64,000 nucleotides of DNA from Candidatus Helarchaeota archaeon (lineage in GTDB: Archaea > Asgardarchaeota > Lokiarchaeia > Helarchaeales > RDOG01), in the NCBI GenBank assembly GCA_019058315.1, contig JAHPZH010000001.1, positions 64,001 to 128,000 on the forward strand, read 5' to 3'. The notes under the pieces were generated by a model. The model saw only the letters and a program-made list of their open reading frames with translations, made no database searches and was not told the origin of the DNA. The first letter of the stretch is position 1. Every line of letters begins with the position of its first letter. The translations under genes were made by a program, and so were the position numbers. Positions 9,946 through 19,440 of this stretch are shown here, piece by piece.

Positions 9946-10893
9946 TTGACTTTGAGTGAAAAAAAATTTAATATTTCTTTTTTAGGATTATATAATGCGG
10001 GGAAATCGTCTTTTTTACGTTCATTAAATAATACACCAAAAAATCAACAAATAGTTGGTAAGACTAGAGGTCCAAATAAAATGGAAATTGAAATTTTGGG
10101 TTTTAAATTATATTTATTCGATTTTGGGGGCTTTAAAGAGCATAGAAATAATTTTCTAGAAAAAAAAGGCAATTATATCAACACTGATTTAATTTTTTAT
10201 ATCGTTGATACTCAAGATAACCACACATTCGGCGATTCTGTCGAATTTTTTGGCAAAATGCTTCAAGAATTAGAAAAAAATGAAGCCAAGCCAAAAATTG
10301 TCGTGTGCCTTCATAAATGTGACCCAGAATTACTTTCAGATAAGTTTTCATTTATTTATGAAAACTTAAAATTCTTAAACAGCTTATTTAGGAACAGAAG
10401 TAAGGGATGGGAAATAACTTATTTGCAGACATCAATTTATAATTACTCGAGTCTAGTCCGAGCTTATATTAAAGGATTAATAAAAATATTTGTAGATCCT
10501 CCAATTATAATGAATACTATCTTTAAAGAATTTATGGATAAAACTGATTTCGATGGTATATGCCTTTTTGATCAAGATGGTTTAATTCTATTTGAATTGT
10601 ATAATCAGACACCATATGCTAGAAAAATCATTGAAGTAATTGGTTTAAATATGGCACAAATGTCTGAAAAATTAATATCTTATAACGTTGGATTCCCTAA
10701 TTCGATTCAGGTAGATATGAAGGGACAAACCTTTTTTAGAAATTTTGAATTAGAGAATGGAAATCGATATTATTTAACAATTTATTCCCGAGATATTGAA
10801 AATTTTGAAAAAATTAATAATTCTTTGCCATATTTTACCGATACTATTTCAAATGCTATGGAAGATATATTAATTATGATTTCAGATAGGTGA
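9946..10893 (+). CDS. Rag/Arf-like small GTPase with C-terminal roadblock/longin-like domain (eukaryotic signature protein)
   Basis: G1 GLYNAGKSS, G3 DFGG, G4 HKCD, G5 TSIY (HKxD/TSI as in Rag GTPases); C-terminal DGICLFDQDGLILF alpha/beta domain. Confidence 0.85.
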   Translation: MTLSEKKFNISFLGLYNAGKSSFLRSLNNTPKNQQIVGKTRGPNKMEIEILGFKLYLFDFGGFKEHRNNFLEKKGNYINTDLIFYIVDTQDNHTFGDSVEFFGKMLQELEKNEAKPKIVVCLHKCDPELLSDKFSFIYENLKFLNSLFRNRSKGWEITYLQTSIYNYSSLVRAYIKGLIKIFVDPPIIMNTIFKEFMDKTDFDGICLFDQDGLILFELYNQTPYARKIIEVIGLNMAQMSEKLISYNVGFPNSIQVDMKGQTFFRNFELENGNRYYLTIYSRDIENFEKINNSLPYFTDTISNAMEDILIMISDR

Positions 10894-10899
10894 TATGAT

Positions 10900-11511
10900 T
10901 TGGCAGATGTTCCATTAGAAAGATGTCCAAAATGTGATAAAAAACTGATATATCTCAAAGTGAAGCGAAAAAACGATAAGGCAGAGGTAGAAGCTATCTG
11001 TCTAGAAGGTCATAAGAAATCCTTTACCACGCCGTTAGCGAAAAAACCAGCATGGGTTCGTCTCATGGCTCAAAGAATTCTATCCTGTGCTGTTTGTGGA
11101 GGGCGTGCAGTTCCAGATAGAGATACAATGAAAAAAGAAAAATATAAAGATAAATTTAAGGTTAGATGTAGAACGGGTTGTAATGATAAATATGAAAGGG
11201 AAGTAGCAAAAGGATTGGCTGATGCTATAAGGAGAATGATAGCTAAATCAAGAAAAATGGGTGTAAAACCATTTCAAAAACCTTTTCCCAAACCTGGTGT
11301 AAAACCTTATCCGCGAAGAGGTGGTAGATATCCTCGTCGAAAACCAAGTGGTATGCAGCCAAAACCTAGAATTAAATTAATTGTACCTGAAGAATGTCCA
11401 AAATGCGATGCACCTTTAAAGAAGGAACAAATAGAACAACTAAGAAAAAATGAAGTTGTTGAGTGTAAATATTGTGGTAGTGCAATCCAAGCTGAAAGAG
11501 AAGAAATTTAA
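10900..11511 (+). CDS. Multi-zinc-ribbon protein
   Basis: CPKC, CLEGH, CAVC, CRTGC, CPKC, CKYC with a basic Pro-rich linker. Confidence 0.75.
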   Translation: MADVPLERCPKCDKKLIYLKVKRKNDKAEVEAICLEGHKKSFTTPLAKKPAWVRLMAQRILSCAVCGGRAVPDRDTMKKEKYKDKFKVRCRTGCNDKYEREVAKGLADAIRRMIAKSRKMGVKPFQKPFPKPGVKPYPRRGGRYPRRKPSGMQPKPRIKLIVPEECPKCDAPLKKEQIEQLRKNEVVECKYCGSAIQAEREEI

Positions 11512-11589
11512 AAATTACTCAATTTGGTAAATATTTTATTCATCTTTTCTATTAAAATAACGGAATTAAATTTTAAATAGTGATGTCAA

Positions 11590-12087
11590 ATGGAGAACGT
11601 AGATAGAGTAAAATTATTTAAATTAATATTTTGCATTATAATTTGCCAATTAGCCGGTATTATTGGTTCATTTGCTACTGCACCCGCTATTTCGAACTGG
11701 TATCAATTCTTAAATAAGCCAATTTTCACACCCCCTTCATGGTTATTTGCACCAGTCTGGATCTCACTATATATTTTAATGGGAATTGCTACATATATAG
11801 TTTGGAATAAAGGTTTAGATGAGTTAAATAATAAAATAGGTTTACTTTTTTTCTCAATCCAATTGGGATTTAATACTATATGGTCAATTATCTTTTTTGG
11901 ATTTAAATCAATTATCGGTGGTCTTATAGTAATTTTTGTTCTTGATATATCGGTTATAGTAACTATCATATTTTATTTCAAGGTTTCTAAAACTGCAGGA
12001 ACACTTTTAATTCCTTATATTATTTGGTTATCAATAGCTACAGCCCTAAATTATTCTTTATTACTTTTGAATCCCTTGCTTTCTTAA
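11590..12087 (+). CDS. tspO: TspO/MBR family tryptophan-rich sensory protein
   Basis: WYQFLNKPIFTPPSWLFAPVWISLY, LNTIWS-like and LLIPYIIW motifs; five hydrophobic segments. Confidence 0.92.
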   Translation: MENVDRVKLFKLIFCIIICQLAGIIGSFATAPAISNWYQFLNKPIFTPPSWLFAPVWISLYILMGIATYIVWNKGLDELNNKIGLLFFSIQLGFNTIWSIIFFGFKSIIGGLIVIFVLDISVIVTIIFYFKVSKTAGTLLIPYIIWLSIATALNYSLLLLNPLLS

Positions 12088-12126
12088 TTTTTAAAATAAA
12101 CACAATAGAATTAACAATTTTTTTTT

Positions 12127-12456
12127 CTATTTTCTCTTTTTAATTGTAATTGAGGGCCATTCTATCCGTTCCTCCCGACATTTAGGACATTTAGATGGGA
12201 TTTTTAAAGATTTAATTGTCTGCTGAAATATGAAACCGCACGCTATACAACGTGGAGGGTAAATGGTTAGAGTAACACCCTTATTTTTCAAAGTCATAGC
12301 AATACTTTTAATATCGTGAATTAAGGTTTTCTTATTAGAATATTCCATTTCTCTTAAGCTTGTTTTCAAATCGATAACTGCCCCTTCATTCATTAATAGA
12401 TTAATCAACCTTTCCTTTCTTGTATTCCAAGTTTTTTTATCTTCTAAATCAGCCAT
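12127..12456 (-). CDS. Archaeal HTH/Zn-ribbon transcriptional regulator (COG3357-like)
   Basis: TRKERLINLL, PPRCIACGFIF, PSKCPKCREERIEWP. Confidence 0.8.
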   Translation of the reverse strand: MADLEDKKTWNTRKERLINLLMNEGAVIDLKTSLREMEYSNKKTLIHDIKSIAMTLKNKGVTLTIYPPRCIACGFIFQQTIKSLKIPSKCPKCREERIEWPSITIKKRK

Positions 12457-12573
12457 TTGCGATTTTTATCCTTTTATAATGTGATGATATGTTAGATTAA
12501 ATTTAAACAGCTATATATGGTAAATTAATATTATTAATTGTTTAGAACAGTTTATTTAAATCTGTGATTTGAT

Positions 12574-13011
12574 TTGTTCGATCCTCCTTTAGAAATTTGT
12601 CCAAAATGCAATGAAAAATTAGTATATATTAGGAGTAGACAGAAAAAAGATGAAATAGATGTCGATGCAATTTGTCTTAATGGACATAAGACAACTTTCA
12701 CTATATCGAACAAAAAAAGAACAGCTCATAAAGATTTAATAAGGGAAAGGATTTTTTCTTGTGCAATTTGTGGAGGACCGGCTTTTCCAGACTATAAAGG
12801 TTCTTTTAAGAAAGAGTTTAATAAGACTAGTTTTAAGGTTAAATGTAAATCTGGATGTAACGATAATTATTTAAGGGAATATGAGAAGGAATTACCCAAA
12901 GAATGCCCTAGATGTGGTACTCCATTAACAGAAGAAAAGCTTGAAAAACTGAGAACTCAAGCAATACTTGATTGTTCGAAATGTGGTTTATGGGCAATGT
13001 TCTCCTATTAA
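12574..13011 (+). CDS. Multi-zinc-ribbon protein, paralog of 10900-11511
   Basis: Same Cys/His pattern (CPKC, CLNGH, CAIC, CKSGC, CPRC, CSKC) without the central linker. Confidence 0.75.
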   Translation: MFDPPLEICPKCNEKLVYIRSRQKKDEIDVDAICLNGHKTTFTISNKKRTAHKDLIRERIFSCAICGGPAFPDYKGSFKKEFNKTSFKVKCKSGCNDNYLREYEKELPKECPRCGTPLTEEKLEKLRTQAILDCSKCGLWAMFSY

Positions 13012-13113
13012 CCTATTTCGATTATAACTTAGTTTTTTTTATAAAAATTAGAAAGTTAGTCATTATTAAGTAGATAATTGAAATTGCATTATTAATAACA
13101 AAAAGTGATATGA

Positions 13114-13965
13114 ATGCCAAAGGATATGAATGGAAAAATCTGCCTTATTACGGGTGCTAATTCAGGAATAGGAAAAGTCACAGCTCTAGAATTAGCTAAA
13201 TTAGGTGCAAAAGTTGTTATGTTTTGTCGTAATTCAAAAAGAGGAGAAGATGCATTAGCTGAAATTAAACAAAAATCTGGAAATGCTTCTGTAGATTTAA
13301 TGATTGCTGATCTTGCATCTCTAGATTCAGTTCGTCGTTTTGCAGCCGATTTTAAGGCAAAATACAATAAATTACATGTATTAATTAACAATGCCGGAAT
13401 TCATTATCCCGAACGTAAATTGACTATTGATGGATATGAAGCAATGTTTGCTGTAAATCATTTAGGCCATTTTTTATTGACTTTGTTGTTACTTGATATG
13501 ATAAAAGCCAGTGCTCCTGCTAGAATCATTAATGTAAGTTCTGAAGCTCATGTCTTTAGTAAAATAGACTTTGATGACTTGAATCTGGATAAAAAATTCA
13601 ATGAATTTCAAGCATATGGTCGATCAAAATTAGCAAATATCTATTTTACATACGAACTGGCTGAGAGGCTAGCAGGAACAGGAGTTACAGTTAATTGTCT
13701 TCATCCTGGCATGGTGAAAACAAATTTCCAAAGATACTCAAAAATGGTTCAAGATGCTATCAAGAAAGCCCCTCCCGGTCTACTGATAAGTCCTGAAGAA
13801 GGAGCTAAGACTACAATATACTTGGCAACATCAACAGAAGTCGAAAATGTTACCGGAAGATATTTTGAAAATTTAAAGGCTAAAAAATCGTCAAGAAGGT
13901 CTTATGAGAGAGAGATACAAAAAAAATTATGGGAAATTAGTGAAAAACTTACTGGTTTGGCATAG
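13114..13965 (+). CDS. Short-chain dehydrogenase/reductase (retinol dehydrogenase-like subgroup)
   Basis: TGANSGIG, LINNAG, NHLGHF, YGRSK catalytic motif, LHPG. Confidence 0.93.
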   Translation: MPKDMNGKICLITGANSGIGKVTALELAKLGAKVVMFCRNSKRGEDALAEIKQKSGNASVDLMIADLASLDSVRRFAADFKAKYNKLHVLINNAGIHYPERKLTIDGYEAMFAVNHLGHFLLTLLLLDMIKASAPARIINVSSEAHVFSKIDFDDLNLDKKFNEFQAYGRSKLANIYFTYELAERLAGTGVTVNCLHPGMVKTNFQRYSKMVQDAIKKAPPGLLISPEEGAKTTIYLATSTEVENVTGRYFENLKAKKSSRRSYEREIQKKLWEISEKLTGLA

Positions 13966-14059
13966 TTAAGATAATTGAATCTCTTTTAATCTTCCTTAAA
14001 TTAAAAAAATCGATAAGTACAATAGAAACTATTTTTATTATTTTTTAGGAGTTTAGATA

Positions 14060-14962
14060 ATGGGTGCTGTACGAAAAATTAAACACATTTCGAAAAGTAT
14101 TCCAACCATTGAAGGTGCAGGAGTTCATTTAAAGCGAGCTTTTGGTTTTAATGAAAGTCCTTCCTTGGATCCATTTTTATTGTTAGATGATTTTCACTCT
14201 GATAATCCTAAATACTATTTAGCGGGATTCCCATGGCATCCTCATCGAGGCATTGAGACGATTACTTATATGCTCCATGGTGAAGTTGAACATGGAGATA
14301 GTTTAGGTAATGGTGGTGTCATTAGGTCTGGAGATGTTCAGTGGATGACTGCGGGATCTGGAATCATTCATCAAGAGATGCCCAAGTCAAATCATAAAGA
14401 TAGTTTGTTATGGGGTTTTCAATTATGGGCAAATCTTCCTGCCTCACAAAAGATGATGGATCCCCGCTATCGAGATGTTAAAAGAGAGCAAATTCCAGAA
14501 GTTAATTTGAATAATGATGTGAAGGTGAGAATCATATGTGGAGAAATTAATGGAACGAAAGGACCTGTCAAGGATATTGTTATTGATCCAGAGTATTTAG
14601 ATATAACAATTCAACCAAATTCAGAATTTATACATCCAGTTAAGATTGGGCATACTATCTTCGCTTATGTTATTGAAGGAAAAGGATATTTTGATCAAAA
14701 TCAAAATAAATTAATTGATGCAGAAAATCTGGTTATATTCGAAAATGGTGATGAAGTAAGAATTAAAACTATTGATGATAATGTTCGTTTTTTATTAATT
14801 TCGGGCAAACCTATTGGTGAACCAGTCGCTTGGTATGGACCTATTGTTATGAATACACAAGAAGAGCTAAGAATAGCCTTTGAGGAATATCGTAATGGAT
14901 CATTTATTAAACATAAAAAGAGTATTTTTCAGACTGAAGGAGCTTCTTATTATAAAAAATAA
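14060..14962 (+). CDS. Pirin family protein
   Basis: DPFLLLD, GFPWHPHRGIETITY, QWMTAGSGIIHQE, FQLWANLP, GPIVMN. Confidence 0.95.
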   Translation: MGAVRKIKHISKSIPTIEGAGVHLKRAFGFNESPSLDPFLLLDDFHSDNPKYYLAGFPWHPHRGIETITYMLHGEVEHGDSLGNGGVIRSGDVQWMTAGSGIIHQEMPKSNHKDSLLWGFQLWANLPASQKMMDPRYRDVKREQIPEVNLNNDVKVRIICGEINGTKGPVKDIVIDPEYLDITIQPNSEFIHPVKIGHTIFAYVIEGKGYFDQNQNKLIDAENLVIFENGDEVRIKTIDDNVRFLLISGKPIGEPVAWYGPIVMNTQEELRIAFEEYRNGSFIKHKKSIFQTEGASYYKK

Positions 14963-15002
14963 GTGAAAAAATAAAACTAAAAGCCTTACTTTTTATTTTT
15001 TA

Positions 15003-15719
15003 TTAATCTTTAAAATAAGGGCAATTATTTTTCAAACATTCTTTATTTAATTCATTAAATTCGCATTTATGTTCTTTATTTATATCTAAAACCACATCAA
15101 AGTTCTCTTTTAAGAATTCAACAGCTTCTTTTATCGCTAAAAAAGAATCCCTTTTACAGCATCTTGGGCCTCCATGCTCTGCTATTGTTTGTAAACTTTT
15201 AGTAGTCATCATAATACTTTGCTTCCATTCTTTAACTTTCAAAGGTGTTGAACCTGTTATTAAACTAATAAATATGCCTGTTCCAATCCCTGCTCCACAA
15301 GCGCCCCAAAAGCCGCAAAAACCACCCAAGACTTGTTTAGCTCTTCTGCTTGCCTCAACTATCTTTTTTTTCTTCTCTTCGTAATCCCCTCTCTTATTAT
15401 AGTACGCTGCGAGAAGAACTGCGGGAACCATAAAATGATGCTCTGGACCATGCATCTTTACTTGTGGGTTTCTCATTAAGATACATGCCATTTCTAGGGG
15501 GTCTTCCAGTTTAGTATTAAAACAGAATTCTTTAATTAAATCATAGGCTGATAAACTATGGCAATGATCACAAATATAATGTCCATTTACACATTTAGTG
15601 TTTGATTCATATATATTTTTGCAATAAGAACATTCCATTTCTTCAGATTCATTAAGATATGTTAATACGTCTCCACAAACAAGACAATTTACTTTATGAT
15701 TTGTAATTTCTTCTTCCAT
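15003..15719 (-). CDS. DUF5714-like Cys-rich protein
   Basis: CLVCG...CSYC...CVNGHYICDHCH, MHGPEHH, GFCGFWGACG, GPRCCKRDS. Confidence 0.8.
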   Translation of the reverse strand: MEEEITNHKVNCLVCGDVLTYLNESEEMECSYCKNIYESNTKCVNGHYICDHCHSLSAYDLIKEFCFNTKLEDPLEMACILMRNPQVKMHGPEHHFMVPAVLLAAYYNKRGDYEEKKKKIVEASRRAKQVLGGFCGFWGACGAGIGTGIFISLITGSTPLKVKEWKQSIMMTTKSLQTIAEHGGPRCCKRDSFLAIKEAVEFLKENFDVVLDINKEHKCEFNELNKECLKNNCPYFKD

Positions 15720-15762
15720 TATTCACCACTAAATTACGTAATAATCAAAAAAAAAAGATAGG

Positions 15763-16335
15763 TTATTTAATAAGGAATGTAAACGCTTGAGGAGCGTATG
15801 CTATAATTCCTCCTAAAATAAATCCAAGAATTGCCGGTCCTGCGTCTTTAAATGCAATTGACAAAGAATGAAGTATTAATATAAGTGACCAAATAGTAAA
15901 AACTGCTGTTACAATGCCTACTGGGATTGCCATTTCAGGAATTATCCCTAAAAGTGAAAAAGCGTTTACAATTACTAATGGAAAATTTGAGTATCCAGTT
16001 GCTCTAAAAGTATGCAAAATAGAATTTGCTTCTCCACCAACTGCATTACCTATCAAGTAAGTGAAAATCCACCATAGAATCGGGGTTGTTACTCGAAAAA
16101 TTGCTTCTAATGCGATTCTTAAAGTGCTGTAAATCCCAAAGAATACAGGAGCCCATATAGCATAAGTTTTATCTGAAACTAACAAGTAACTTAAGACACC
16201 TAAGCCAATTGATAATATAAAATATATAGCTGCCATTAAAGTTGATCCTTCGTCATCTATGATTTGTTCAAGATTCTCTTTTTTATTACGCATAAAATTT
16301 TTTAATTTATTCAATTCCTCACTCATCAAAATCAC
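15763..16335 (-). CDS. Yip1-domain-like multi-pass membrane protein
   Basis: Five hydrophobic segments; IGNAVGGEA...FRATGYSNFP resembles the Yip1 motif. Confidence 0.55.
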   Translation of the reverse strand: MILMSEELNKLKNFMRNKKENLEQIIDDEGSTLMAAIYFILSIGLGVLSYLLVSDKTYAIWAPVFFGIYSTLRIALEAIFRVTTPILWWIFTYLIGNAVGGEANSILHTFRATGYSNFPLVIVNAFSLLGIIPEMAIPVGIVTAVFTIWSLILILHSLSIAFKDAGPAILGFILGGIIAYAPQAFTFLIK

Positions 16336-16561
16336 TTTATTTAGTAGATTATTTTTTCAAATATTTTTATCTTATAAAAGCATTTCTTTAATCTAAATAA
16401 AATATTACATTTCCTAAAAATATTGGATTAATCCTATCTTTTATCGAATATTTGCATTAAATAATTATTAAATTAAAAATAATTACTTTTTTAGTAACAT
16501 ATAAAAAAAATAAATAAAAAATTAATTGGTATATTAGTAAAGAAATAAATTAACTCTTCTT

Positions 16562-16882
16562 TTAAAAAGTAGGGAATTGTTTATTTAATTCAATATTCAT
16601 TTTTCGAATAATATTATTTGCTTCCAAAATTTCTAAATCTAATACTGTTGTCTTATTTGAAGTTTTTGAAATTCCTTTTGTAATAGTGCTAGAAATTTGA
16701 CATTCGATACAACCATTAAAACCATTTTCAAAAAATTTCATATATTCTGTAATAATGTTTTCTCCTGTAAATAAAGAAATTATATTTGAATTTTGATTTA
16801 AAACATATAAATATTCAGTTCCTTTGTATTCGAGTGCGACAATCTTACTATTATTTCTTTTTAAATTATGTAAAATCTTAAT
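16562..16882 (-). CDS. Hypothetical 106-aa CxxC protein missed by the ORF track (probable ATT start)
   Basis: Stop-free 107-codon frame IKILHNLKRN...NGCIECQIS...KQFPTF*, 25 bp downstream of the DsrE gene, purine-rich GGGCGAG upstream. Confidence 0.55.
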   Translation of the reverse strand: MKILHNLKRNNSKIVALEYKGTEYLYVLNQNSNIISLFTGENIITEYMKFFENGFNGCIECQISSTITKGISKTSNKTTVLDLEILEANNIIRKMNIELNKQFPTF

Positions 16883-16907
16883 TGTTTCTCGCCCTTAAAA
16901 ATGAATC

Positions 16908-17255
16908 TTAAAAGGTTATCGTTTTTTCATTATATGCGACTGCTTCGACAATCTCATGCATTCCAACAATTTTACAACCTTCTGCTAAGTCTTCTTGTAT
17001 AACTCCTCTAGCCTGGCAACAAACCCCGCATACTATTACTTTAAGACCTTCGGATATCGCGTTTTCTAAATATTCAAGATGATTTGGATATTCTGCAGGA
17101 TTTTGAGCTTTCTTAGCAACGAAAATACCGTCTTGAAGCAAAACCATAGTTACATCATGACCATCCACAATTGCGGTTAATGCAAATCTAAGAGCAGTAT
17201 AGGGTTTTTCGCGTCCATATGGGGATTCGTAATTGATCACACACATTTTGACCAT
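16908..17255 (-). CDS. DsrE/DsrF-like sulfur-relay family protein
   Basis: SPYGREKPYTALRFA, LLQDGIFVAKK, VCGVCCQARG. Confidence 0.88.
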   Translation of the reverse strand: MVKMCVINYESPYGREKPYTALRFALTAIVDGHDVTMVLLQDGIFVAKKAQNPAEYPNHLEYLENAISEGLKVIVCGVCCQARGVIQEDLAEGCKIVGMHEIVEAVAYNEKTITF

Positions 17256-17348
17256 TTTTTAACACCTTAAAAAATGAAAGAAAGTGAAAATTTAAAAATA
17301 TCAGAAAAAATTATTATATATATAAGAAAAAGTTATGAAGTCGTTAAA

Positions 17349-18254
17349 ATGAAGTTAAATTTAGATTTCTTAAAGACTTTTACTAAAATAGCAGAAATTG
17401 GTAGCTTTTCCAAAACAGCAGCTAAATTAGGTATTACTCAAAGTGCGATTAGCCAACAAATGGATAGTTTAGAAACTTTTTTTGGTGCTAAGTTATTTAA
17501 CAGAACTATTAAAGGTGTTGAACTAACAGAAGAAGGAAAAATTTTGTTGAAAAAAAGTAAAATTATTCTAGATAATATTGAATTGGCGAAAAATGAGATT
17601 GTAAAATCACTTAAAGAAATCAAAGGTACATTAAGAATTTCTGCCAGTACAATTCCAGGACAGCATCTTCTACCTAAATATATTACGAAATTTAAAGAAT
17701 TAAATCCAAATGTGAATTTTAAAATTGAAGTTAATGATTCTGCAATAAGTTTATCAAAATTATTAGAGGATCAAGCGGATCTTGCCGCTGTTGGGAGCTT
17801 AATGGGATATGATATTAATAAATTCGATACAATAACATTAACAGAAGAAGAATTATGTTTTGTAGTTTCAAAAAATCACCCACTTGCAAAAAAAGATACT
17901 TTATCTGCCGAGGATATTAAAAATCAAACGTTTATTTTAAGAGAATCGACCTCTGGCACAAGAAAAGAAAGTGAAAAGCTTTTAAAAGATCTTGGAATTT
18001 CTCTTGATGATTTAAATATTTCGTTTGAATTAACAACAACTGAATCTATATTGACCGCAGTTTCAGAGGGGACTGGTATAAGTCTAATTTCTTCTATTGC
18101 AGCATCGAAATCAGAAGCTGCAGGATTAATTAAATGTCTAAGTTTACCAGAAAAAGTTACATCTAAAAGAAAATTATATTTAGTTAAATTAAAAGGAGAA
18201 AAATTTGAGAAATACTTAATTAATTCATTCTGGAAATTTGTAAAAGAGTTTTAA
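17349..18254 (+). CDS. LysR-family transcriptional regulator (CysL/selenium-metabolism-associated type)
   Basis: LKTFTKIAEIGSFSKTAAKLGITQSAISQQ HTH, ASTIPG, LRESTSGTR; start moved to MKLNLDFL. Confidence 0.9.
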   Translation: MKLNLDFLKTFTKIAEIGSFSKTAAKLGITQSAISQQMDSLETFFGAKLFNRTIKGVELTEEGKILLKKSKIILDNIELAKNEIVKSLKEIKGTLRISASTIPGQHLLPKYITKFKELNPNVNFKIEVNDSAISLSKLLEDQADLAAVGSLMGYDINKFDTITLTEEELCFVVSKNHPLAKKDTLSAEDIKNQTFILRESTSGTRKESEKLLKDLGISLDDLNISFELTTTESILTAVSEGTGISLISSIAASKSEAAGLIKCLSLPEKVTSKRKLYLVKLKGEKFEKYLINSFWKFVKEF

Positions 18255-18256
18255 AG

Positions 18257-19348
18257 TTATTTTATATATTTCATTATCTCTTCTTCGTCTAAATCAAAGC
18301 TAAGCCCCGGTCCATCTGGAATTTTAACATAACCCTCTGAATCTAACTGATAGGAACCCGCTTTACTAAAAAGTATGAAATCTGGATAAAATCCATATTC
18401 AAAATATGGGCAATTTGGAAGACTTCCAATTATTTGTAGATTGGCTGCTTGAACTAACCCTGTTCCAAATACATGAGGTATACACAGTTTTCCATATGCT
18501 TCAGCAAGACTCCCAATTTTTTTTACGATTGATATTCCTCCCGACCTTGTTGCATCGGGTTGGATAATGTCATATGCTCCTTTTTGTAATAATGTTTGAA
18601 ATTCATGAACTCCAAAATTATTTTCTCCTCCTGCTATAGAAATGTCCACTTGAGACCTTAATTCGGTTAAGTTATCAATTTCATCACTAAAGACCGGTTC
18701 TTCTAACCATTTAAAATGATCATGACTTTCTAATATTCGAGCTAATTTTAGGGTAGTTTTTAAGTCATAACCCGAGTTTACATCAACCATAACTTCTAAT
18801 TCACTTGGAGAAAAGTTATCAGTTAATGCATTTATAACCACTTTGTCTTTATCTAAACCTTGTCCAAGTCTTATTTTAATAGCTTTAAAATTTCGTTCAT
18901 CTAATGCAGTTTTTGTCATTTTTACTGTCTCATCAGGCTTCATCCAATAGGGCATGGAAGCATAAGCCTTTATTTTTCTTTGATATGTTCCAATTATTTG
19001 ATGAACTGGTTTTCCTAAATCCTTACCTATAATATCCCATAATGCACAATTAACTAAAGAAATACCTATTGGATTTCCAATCAAGATTCGATAAGTATAA
19101 TTGATTAAATCTTGAGTTATCGCCTCAATATCATAAGGATCACGTTTTAGAATTAATTTTTTCCATCGTCGAATGAAAATTGCACAAGCTTCATCTGAAT
19201 TCACAAAATGTCCAGCTGCAACTCCTTCTATACCTTCATCAGTTTTTAATCTTAATAAAGTACCTGTGATTTTGAATTTAGGCATTGCACCTATTTTAAT
19301 TTTTACTGGTAATTCAAACCAATTTGACTCAATTTCTTTAATCTGCAT
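18257..19348 (-). CDS. Mandelate racemase/muconate lactonizing enzyme (enolase superfamily)
   Basis: ALWDIIGK, KxR motif KAIKIRLG, metal ligands MVDVN, WLEEP, GGEN, IIQPD, PH, PDGPGL. Confidence 0.92.
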   Translation of the reverse strand: MQIKEIESNWFELPVKIKIGAMPKFKITGTLLRLKTDEGIEGVAAGHFVNSDEACAIFIRRWKKLILKRDPYDIEAITQDLINYTYRILIGNPIGISLVNCALWDIIGKDLGKPVHQIIGTYQRKIKAYASMPYWMKPDETVKMTKTALDERNFKAIKIRLGQGLDKDKVVINALTDNFSPSELEVMVDVNSGYDLKTTLKLARILESHDHFKWLEEPVFSDEIDNLTELRSQVDISIAGGENNFGVHEFQTLLQKGAYDIIQPDATRSGGISIVKKIGSLAEAYGKLCIPHVFGTGLVQAANLQIIGSLPNCPYFEYGFYPDFILFSKAGSYQLDSEGYVKIPDGPGLSFDLDEEEIMKYIK

Positions 19349-19440
19349 AATATCACTTTTAAATATCTAAAAAATTCCTATTCAAATGAAATTAGTAATT
19401 TCTAATTGATAATTTAATAAAAAAAAGAAAAATTTGAGTT

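Noticed and set aside
16908-18254. Selenocysteine or pyrrolysine recoding near the selenium-type LysR or the corrinoid genes
   Set aside because: I found no gene interrupted by an in-frame TGA/TAG with continuing homology, and no evident SECIS/PYLIS
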